Part shown: positions 54,721 to 64,000 of the stretch, piece by piece
Layout: every line of letters begins with the position of its first letter
How positions within the stretch are numbered: the first letter of the stretch is position 1
NCBI GenBank assembly: GCA_964016885.1
Contig: OZ024743.1
Coordinates: forward strand, 32,736,001 to 32,800,000
DNA length: 64,000 nt
Direction of reading: 5' to 3'
DNA from: Eledone cirrhosa
Lineage: Eukaryota
The notes under the pieces: model-generated
What the model was told of the DNA's origin: nothing
Seen by the model: the letters and a program-made list of their open reading frames with translations, nothing else
The model's database searches: none
Position numbers and translations under genes: made by a program

Positions 54721-55553
54721 AAGAGGGACCTTATATGCTTTATATTTTATATATAACAAAGAAGTAAAAAATAAACTTTCTTAAGTGCTGATTATTTTGT
54801 CTAGACTATTTAATATTAATAATATAAAGGCGTTGCTGGTTAAGTAATTCATCTTAATAGGATGGTGAATAGATCACCTAACATTGCTTTGTATTTTCTG
54901 TTTATCTGAGCAAGCTAATCTATATTGAAATAACTGTGTGGCCTTTTGGTCTGTCAGTCACACACAAATGATATGATCGGTCAAAAACGTTCTAAAATGC
55001 ATAATTTAGAATTCATGGAGTACAAGTGTTAAACAAATTTTTGTGGGAGCAAATATTCGAAACCATCTTCTGCCAATGGGTTTGCCTATCTGCCTCACAT
55101 ATATAGGTCTCTGTTTGTATAGATATTTATGTGTGTGTATAGATTTATAAAGTAAACTTGTCACCATACTGCTATTATAAATGGATGCATATAGCAACCC
55201 CCTAAGTAAAATAGATGTACTGAATCAGTTATGTTACTGCCAGTACCTAAACCATCCCACCAATTCCTCAAACACTGATTGGTCAATTTCCACTGATATT
55301 ACTTAAATGATCACATCTATAAAACTTGTCTATCATCTACACAGATAATAATTATTATTTTTTCTCTGAAGAGATGCAGTAATAATACTTTCTGATGCAG
55401 TATGAAGTAATCCATTGTATAACACCAGTTCAAACTTCATAGACAAAAATATTGTTATATTGAAACTTGTGTTACACTTTTTAATAAATGAAATATTAAT
55501 TACCAACATCTTTGCTTCTGAGATTTTCCCACAACCTATGATCTATCTATCTA

Positions 55554-55613
<60 letters not shown>

Positions 55614-56027
55614 CTCCCGAATGAAACAGTTCTAGTTCTGTAGAACCCATTTCTATATTAAATATTTATACTCTGCTTCGTATTGAGTACCTTACTTACT
55701 GTAGTTACCCTCGATTGAACCTGGGATAAGCTTATATATATATAATCATCATCATCATCATCATTTAACGTCCATTTTCCATGCTAGCATGAGTCTGGAC
55801 GGGAATTGTCCCATTTGAGGCAAGATTGGTTGTCTTGCTCAGGACTGTCTGGCGGGTTTTCTACGGCTGGATGCCCTTCCTAACACCAACCGCGTTTACA
55901 GTGTGGACTGGGAGGTTTTTACCGTGTTACCTACATGGCCACATTACAGCGTGGACTGTGTGTTTTTTTGTTGTGACACCTACACAACCTCATTTATTTA
56001 GGACTGGATGTTGTGGTACCAACATAG

Positions 56028-56069
<42 letters not shown>

Positions 56070-56070
<1 letters not shown>

Positions 56071-56335
56071 CTTAATGTGTTGTACTCTTATCTTACTGTT
56101 GGGTCACGCAATACATAGGTGGATCCAAGTGGATGAAAAATGTTTCTTTGTTTTTTAAACTGAATGCGAATATCTCCCATCATTAATGAACCAAGAGTCT
56201 GATGAGCTTTTGATTACAGAATTGGGGCCGATCAATACAGATCGAACATTGAGCTGATGTATAGCAAAACACGCATCACACCTGAATAAACTTAATGAGG
56301 ATACTGTGACACACCGTTCCTACTTATTTTTAATT
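56070..56335 (+). mobile_element. (TA)n-flanked Penelope-like remnant with a CpG-decayed hammerhead
   Basis: CTGATGA-gct at 56199, then agc-AAAAC-acgc-ATC at ~56263-56277, then AATAAA. Confidence 0.5.
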
Positions 56336-56556
56336 ATATATATACAATCCATAAGCATACCTTTGTTACAATTTAATGAAAAACTGTATATTATCTATTC
56401 TATCCATAAATTAATGCAAGAATCCTATATTTAACACTCCAAATGAAGAATCAGTTTTTATGGTTTTGCATTTTTGTTAAATGATTTCTATTTCTAGTAC
56501 TTCCGATTAAATTTTCATATTAAAATTTATTGGTATTATATTTATAATAAATGCTT

Positions 56557-56870
56557 CATCATCATCATCATTTTATGTCAGTTGTTCCATGCTTGCATTG
56601 TTTGGAAGGGTACTTCTTAGTACAGCATCTTTCCACTAGTCACATTCTCTTGTTAAATTCTCTATGAGCTCTAATAATCTAAGATCCCCCCTCACCACAT
56701 CCATCCAGGTTTTCCTTGGGATTCATCTACTGCAGCTTACTTCCACTGAAATTATTTGGCACTTCTTCACCCAGTGATAATTATCCATGTGCATCACATG
56801 TCCATACCAATGCAGTCTTCTCTCCTGCTCACTATTTCTGATTCATCTTATACCCTGTTCTCCTTCAGTT
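56557..56870 (-). mobile_element. Older RTE 3' fragment
   Basis: Collinear with 37905-38210 (ttggcacttcttcacccag, tgtccatacca). Confidence 0.75.
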
Positions 56871-58202
56871 TAAAAATACATTACTTTCATAGCATAATCT
56901 GTTTTGAAGAAATTTGTATATATCACAAAAAATAAGTTTTTCACCATGCCACATGAAAAAGAGAATAGTATGGTATCAAAAAAGTTGCCTATATATTAAA
57001 ATTGATATTTATATTTTATAGGTTCCATATTTTTATGTATAAGGTAGAAAATATACACTTCAATGGTGATTTTATGTTAGTGTTTTTTCTTTTGATTGTT
57101 TTTCTATCTAGGCATTTTATATCCACTACTAGCTGAAGCCTCAACAAATATGTTTGTTCTAAACTTATCTTTCCATGCATTTGTTAATTCATAAATTCAG
57201 AATACAAATTTTCTGGTCAATAATTTCACTCATCTGTCTAATTTACTTTATAACAAACGTTCAACTACAATATCTGAATCAATCAATTTTTTTAGAATTT
57301 TAATTATCCTATGCTTAATTATTTATTTATTTATTTACTGTAATGTACAAAGTTGTTTCTGATTTATCTTATTTCCAGTTCATTTATTAGTTTTTAATCC
57401 AATTGCAATAACTTATTATCTGTAGTTTAGAAAATCCATCATAATGGAAAATTATTTTACCCTAAATCATTTATGCTTTCATTTTCATTGCAATATAAAC
57501 TAGGAAATTAATTGCCGGTGTCATGTTAATATGAAAGAAGAGACATATAAAAGATTACATCAATTAGTGCTACATCTCATTTTGCTACATGTTTCAATGC
57601 TTAAGTCTTAAGTAATGACCACTTCTTTCTCATTACCTGCATTATGTATATTTCAACAGGTCAACTGGCAGCCTCTTCATATTACCTGTTTATTGTCGTT
57701 TTTCCTGTTGTAAAATGCTATAAATAAATATATCAGTTAATATAAATTTATTGCATAATTGCTATCATCTTTACACCTACTTTCCCATGCTTGAACATAG
57801 CTTCTCCAGCACAGCTTCCTTTCACTTCTTGTGTTCATTTGTCATCTCTCTCCCCACTTCTCTCCAGGTTCCCCTTGCTCTTCTTATTTATTTATTTTCG
57901 ATACGTAAAAATATATTTGATTGAAATAATAATAAAATATTTGTTTTCTGGCAAAAGCAATCATAAAATATTACTGGTAATTTTCCTGCTTCTAGAAAAG
58001 TAAAACCAATCCTCTGGAATTTAAACTCAAAAATATAATTGTATATATCATAATGGATCTCATTTGGTCTCTACTTATTTTTGCAATAGCAATTCTTCAA
58101 TAGGAAAATTATATAACATAACCATGACCTTAGAAAAATTATTGTACATAAATATGTGGTAAATGTTCCCCCTCATCAAATAAGATTCCCATAATACATT
58201 AA

Positions 58203-58441
58203 CCCTTTCTTCACCATATTTCTAATGAGAGACACTCTCTATAATTTTCAAATAATTTAGGAAATATTAAAAAATCAGGGAAATTGTTTAACATAACTAA
58301 CTTTGTCATTATTAAGCTAATAACAAAGATTCTTACATGAATTGATGGTGGAAGGTTTTTTGATAATTATAAACAATTTAAAATAATTATATTTGTGTCA
58401 TGGAACCAGCAACAGCTTAGGTCAGTTCGGTATCAATAGGG
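58203..58441. mobile_element. piggyBac-type MITE (partial relatives at 1-208 and ~7420-7636)
   Basis: TTAA-ccct ... aggg-TTAA termini; interior similar to the other copies. Confidence 0.6.
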
Positions 58442-59475
58442 TTAAATGAACAGCTAATTTCTTATCTAATTAATATATTTTCATTAAAATAATTTTCTGA
58501 AATTTCCTTTTTTAATGACAATTATCTTCTGAGAAATTGATCTGTTTCTACATCTATTTACAAACCTCATTCTTATAAAATTTCCAGTGCAGTTTTTACT
58601 AAGTATATGTCATGTACAGAATTTATTGTTTTGTCAACATTCAAATTTATTTTTTAATAAGTACTGCTCATTTTTAAAGTATATGACTGTGTGCTGGTAA
58701 AAGCTTTCAGATAAAATTATATATCAATATATATTCTTCTATGGCTTTTGTTACCTCAACAACTGGCTAGTATTTTAGTTGTGACTATATTCATTTTTAG
58801 GCTTTTTAAATCTTTTAATTGCTTGAAACCACCTCTGAAACTATTTCTGTTAAAACCGTCCATCATCATTTTATCTAAGAATGTTTGCTATATTTTCTAA
58901 ACACCAACTTGATAATGAGAAAGTTAGTTATATTACTTCAAATCCCTTCAAATTCTGTAATTATTGTCAGAATTATTTTAAAATCATTGGAAATATAGTA
59001 TTGAAAGGGTTAATAAAAGAAAAGAATCCTTTTCCAACATTTTAGACATTTCTTGTAATCAGTTATTTAGTTGGAATAGAATGAAACGAAATTTCATTTC
59101 TCACTCTTAGTACGGCACTCACGGCATAAATCAGGCTGTCCGTTTGTTTACAAACGAACAAAGCGAATGTTATAATAAATATTCGCTAAACTGATACGTA
59201 CATATATATATATGTGTGCCTGTATGTATATATATATACATGCTACTGTACGTCTGTATACATATATGTATGTACGTATACATACATACTTACATTTAAG
59301 TAAGTGCCGTACTAAGAGTGAGAAATGAAATTTCGTTTCATTCTATTCAAACTTATCGTTTTCGGTGCGCCTGGCCGACTGAACTCACTCGATATGCAAA
59401 TTAGGCTGCTCAGCCGTTAATTTTCATAAGGAAAGTATATACTTTCGAACATTCAACCATCTGGCAGAAGGGTAT

Positions 59476-59518
59476 ACGGTGCTGACGATAGCTAACAAGC
59501 TTGAAACTAGTACATCGT
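59476..59518 (+). ncRNA. Minimal type I hammerhead ribozyme
   Basis: Stem I acggtg/catcgt; core CTGACGA; stem II agct-aaca-agct with a T-T mismatch at its base; GAAAC; palindromic stem III ACTAGT; GUA triplet, with predicted cleavage after 59512. Confidence 0.8.
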
Positions 59519-59667
59519 TCTTGTGTCAGTGTTGAACAAAAAGGTGACGTGGTTGCCTTAACACCGTACGGCATAAATCAGGCTGTCCGTTTGTTTACAA
59601 ACGAACAAAGCGAATGTTATAATAAATATTCGCTAAACTGATACGTACATATATATATGTGTGCCTG

Positions 59668-59698
<31 letters not shown>

Positions 59699-59699
<1 letters not shown>

Positions 59700-59892
59700 A
59701 CGAAGGAAATGTGGTAAGGAACCAGGTGGACCATAACGCACCAAAGTACTCAATACTTAGGGTAGTAGAGTGGGTAATAGGAACAAGTAAGACCCCGACG
59801 GCTGAGCTCAAGCCGTTTCGACGGCTAATTCAGTACAGAATTAGCCGCCGAAACGGCTTGAGCTCAGCCGTCGGGGTCTTACTTGTTCCTAT
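59699..59892 (-). mobile_element. Second copy of the fold-back hammerhead hairpin element, nested in a (TA)n tract
   Basis: Inverted repeat 59777-59892 (2 mismatches) plus tail; homologous to 29078-29273. Confidence 0.88.
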
Positions 59893-60149
59893 ATATATAT
59901 ATACATGCTACTGTACGTCTATATACATATATGTATGTACGTATACATACATACTTACAGTTATTTAGTTGATTCTGCAATATTAGATAGATTGTAAATG
60001 TACATATTTCCACGGGTATCCAGTTGTTTGGTATCTTTGTTGTTTGGTATCTTTGCCTGCTTTCAAGCTTTTCAGATATTCATCCACTCAATATAGTCCT
60101 TGTTATCTGTTGTCTTCTACTCCTATATGTTTTCACTATATGTTTATAC

Positions 60150-61010
60150 TATATGAGTGATATGCCCAAGACAACTTCGAGGAAAATTGGATATACAGAT
60201 GAACTTGCCTTGGCTACCCAATCTACTGACTTTGACAAACTCAACTTTATATTCACAGAAGACCTGAAGAAGATGAAGGACTACTACTCCTACTGATGCC
60301 TTCAGCTCAACCCAAACAAGACCACTGTGACAACTTTTCATCTGAGCACCAGACAAGCTAGGATGGAATTCAAGGTCCCCTAGACCTGTCAAGAATGAAC
60401 CACACTTCAAATATCTTGGTTTAACATTGTATCACAGCCTGACCTACCGAGAGCATAAAAAGAGGTTGCTGGAAAGCTCAAGACCAGGATTAATATAATC
60501 CACAAATTGGCAGGAAATGGCTGAGGGTCTGATGCACACACACTCCGATTTGTGGGCTTATCACTTGCATACTCAGTTGCAGAGTACTGTTCAGCAGTCT
60601 GGGAAGGGAACTGCCATGCCAAACAATTGACAAATATGCGTTTGAAATCATGCAAACCATTCTGGGAATCAATAAAGACCCTTCTGGACAATAAATTTGA
60701 TATGAAAGAAGAGTTGTTAATATCATGGAGTGAGTTAAAATTTGCCAACCAGGACGTCATCTAGGACCCTACATCTAAACCAGCTGGCTTTGCCCTTCCC
60801 AGAAAGCACTGGGTGTTCCTCAATCCGAGCCACACATCACATACCAGGATAGCCCATCATATCCATTGATGTGACTCTGGAGACTCTAGCCCAGTACTGC
60901 ATGTTGTTCGGGATTACCCCCTCAGACATTTTCCCGGGAGCCTGTAGGTTATCCATAATGCTGCAAATGATACTTTGGTCTAGCTTGCTGGTCTCAACCT
61001 GCCTCTCTAG
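60150..61010 (+). mobile_element. Degenerate I-group (Ingi/Vingi-like) LINE 3' portion
   Basis: YTDELALATQ, LQLNPNKT..FHL, KYLG, KLAG, LAYSVAEYCSAVW and GFALPRKHWVFLN motifs, with stops and frameshifts. Confidence 0.7.
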
Positions 61011-64000
61011 CTAATGTGCATATGTCATACAACAAGACGCCTATATGCCTATGTATATCTGATTGCCTTTCCTCTGAATTTGAAGCAAAATTCTTCCTAT
61101 TTATAAGTACGCAATCCCGTTTTAAATGTTTTCAAAAGAAAAATGGAAAGTGTGTTAACATGAGTATTGTGTCATAATGCAATATTCTACTTATTAAAGT
61201 GCTTAACGTAGTTAGTAAGTTTGGCAAAAGAGTGATTAGTTTATATGTAGATATTAACAAAATATGGAAGGAAAAGTATGGAGAAGAGAGTATGTGTGCC
61301 TGTAAGAAATGAATGGAGGAAGTGAACCAGGTTATAATTCTATTTCAGAGAAAATTTTCTATCATTTCAAAGTAAATCATTTAGTGCAGGTATGATCTGT
61401 TGCTAACATTTTGTGATATCTAAATAACAACTAATTTAAAGTAAGCTTCCTCTAAAATTGATAGTAAAACAATTTCCCCTTTGACTATAATTTACAGAAG
61501 ATGAAAGGTTATTATAATCTAAAATGTTAACAATTTGATATTTTTTCTTCCTTTTTACATCCTTTTATCCATGTTATCATCTGTAAAATGGCTCTTTAAA
61601 TTTAGATTTAGAATGAAATAGCTTGATTAAATACTTTAATGGTCCGTTGTCTTTTATAATGACAACTATTCAAATGTAATTAGTAAAAGTCATTTTTCAA
61701 TCAGGTAGGGGGAAAATTTGTAATGTGGCATGTGCAGTAATATTCCTTAAATCCTGATACACTAAATGACTTCTTTCTAATTAATAGTTAAAGCATTTTC
61801 TCTTGTCACTCAGTATAGTGAATATTTAAATAGAAAATATAAACCTAAATGAATACTTACTTCAGCAAAGAAACTATAATACTACAATACACAGGAGAGA
61901 ATGAAAGTTAATTTTATGATTTCTCAATATCCTCTGAGAAATGTTTCATTTATGCTTTTGAAAAAATCATGTGATAAATATATATTTAACAATAAATTTT
62001 AGATAAAATTAACACAGTAACAATTTTATTATCAATAATGGTAATATCAAATTATAGTCATAACCCTTTAAAAAAATATTCAATGAAATACTAAAGAATG
62101 TTCTGTTTCAATAATTTCTGAGGCTAATATATTTTTCATTTGTGATATTTTTTCTCCAAGAAACGACTAGAATATAGTCAAGGGAAATAACTGATGATTA
62201 CTTGATTTGTTGGTTTATTTGAAACTAATGCAGACAGCATTCTATTCTTCCTTCATTCACAACAATATATTGCAAAAAGTAGTAGACTGATTTTAAGTAA
62301 GTAGCTGCAAAATAATGCATGTTAATTTAAATTTCCATTCATTATTTTCAGAGTTAGCTGGTAATTATAATATTACTGACATTTCGTGCTGAAAATCAAT
62401 CTTAAAATATATTTGATTTAGTATTTTCACACACGCACACACACACACACACACACGCGCGCACACGCACTCACACGCACACGCACTCACACTCACACAC
62501 ATTTATGAATATATAGCATTAAATTGTTGATGTTTTGGGTGATGAGTTGTGATAAATTCAGCAGTTTTAAATAAGACACGTTACTACTTCCTTCAGTTAA
62601 TTTCAATAGGAATTAAGGATATTTGGATATGAACCATATGATTCAAAATTTTATATTTGAAATCTTTCTAGAGGGATTTTAAAAAATAATGAAAGGAAGA
62701 ACAGCTTTCATGACTTATGCAGTTATTCTCAGACTGATGAGAATGATGTAAGTTGTGTTCTTGAACTATAGTAGATTGATGTCTCTGGAAAAGATATAGG
62801 TACTGTGAAAATTCCAGAAGGTTGCAGCTCTTGAAAGGAATAAGGGACTTATCAGTGTGGGGTTTAAGTGTGGTGGGGAGACACAATAACGATAATGAGA
62901 TGAGGATAGAAAATATATTTGGTGAGCAGGAGATTATATGGGATGCAGTTTAGTACTTCAGAGGAACAGAGACCAGTGTTATAGTGATAGAATAAGAAAA
63001 GAAACAGTAAGATGGATTTTATGTGGATGTGGTTCAGGGTGTTTGTGCATGTAGCAGTAGAACCATTCCAGATGTGAGAACAGTACTGTATGTTTTTGTT
63101 GAGGATCAGCAACTGGTCAGAACTGAAACATTTTCTCACCCTGGATACAAAAATTTAGTCTTTAATGTGCAGTTTGACAATTCTATATATACTAAAGTTC
63201 TACCTGTTGTATGACAAGTAATAATGCTAAGTTTAACTGTAGGCAAATTAATAAAACTGTATAAATTTATAAATAATAATAAATAAATGAATTCACTATG
63301 TCTGCATTTATCGAAAATGATTCCTAATATTAATCACATACAAACACAATCATTAAAGAAGGCAGTATTTAAGAAAAATGAAAGAAATGAAATTAAGAAA
63401 AAGAATATATATTTTCATATATTTTCATATGTAAAAGCCATCATCAAAAAGATGAAGAATGGAAAAAAAGACAACTTTGTACAATTGCTAGCAGACAACA
63501 ATTGTGTGAATGCATGTGGTTCAGTATAATGTTCTTTGCCTCTCTATCGCTCTGTCTGTATGTATACTCTTCCTTCAACTCATATATTAATTTACTAATT
63601 CTCTCTCTTACTCTCTCTACCTTGTCTGTTGTCATATATGAACATTATATATTTGGTATTATTATATATATATATATATATATAAAGCGCATGGCTTTGT
63701 GATTAGAGAATTTGGTTCCCAATAATAAGGTTGTGAATTCGTTTCCCAAAGGCCTGCTATATCCTTGAACAAGACACTTTATTTCACATTGCTCTAGTTC
63801 ACTGAGCTGGCAAAAATGAGTTGAACCTGTAATTCGAAGGGCCAGCCTTATCACATTCTGTGTCACACCGAATCTCCCTGAGAAGTATGTTAAGGGTACA
63901 TGTGTTTGTGGAATGCTCAGCCACTTGCACAATAATTTCACAAGCAGGCTGTTCCATTGATCGGATCAACTGGAACACTGATCATCGTAACTGACAGAGT

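Larger units (their letters stand above)
59074..59957 (+). mobile_element. Non-coding Penelope/retrozyme-like partial-tandem insertion with a 5' inverted segment and TSD
   Basis: TSD cagttatttagttg (59060-59073, 59958-59971). Direct repeat starts at 59121 and 59568 (447-bp period); 46-bp inverted repeat 59074-59119 / 59303-59348; internal hammerhead. Confidence 0.85.

Noticed and set aside
57620-57723. Acceptor-like tttcaacag as sif exon 2
   Set aside because: The phase-2 reading hits a stop after ~21 codons and shows no SIF similarity.

Overview
This is AT-rich, microsatellite-laden animal DNA, probably from a coleoid cephalopod such as Octopus (inferred from its SINE and simple-repeat content). 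The only host coding sequence I can support is a 132-nt spliced exon (1040-1171). It encodes MGNKFCGPLLKKNYRHESYPWNIRKDSHLL-R, which resembles the N-terminus of Still life (SIF type 1; Tiam1/2-family Rac GEF). I found no following exon, so the remaining ~62.8 kb is probably one intron. That intron holds a head-to-tail pair of Tx1/L1-clade LINEs inside a (GATA)n tract, plus CRE-, RTE-, Ingi/Vingi- and CR1-like LINE remnants. It also holds many tRNA-derived SINEs and hAT, piggyBac and Tc1-type MITEs. The most unusual signal is a set of small non-coding elements at (TA)n tracts built on hammerhead ribozyme (HHR) motifs. One is a TSD-flanked partial-tandem insertion with a near-intact minimal type I HHR (59074-59957). 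Another is a two-copy family of fold-back hairpins in which the 5' half of a hammerhead is replaced by the reverse complement of its 3' half, with copy-specific substitutions mirrored in both arms. There is also a 387-bp perfect palindrome and several decayed HHRs. All family assignments come from motif recognition by eye; no searches were run.
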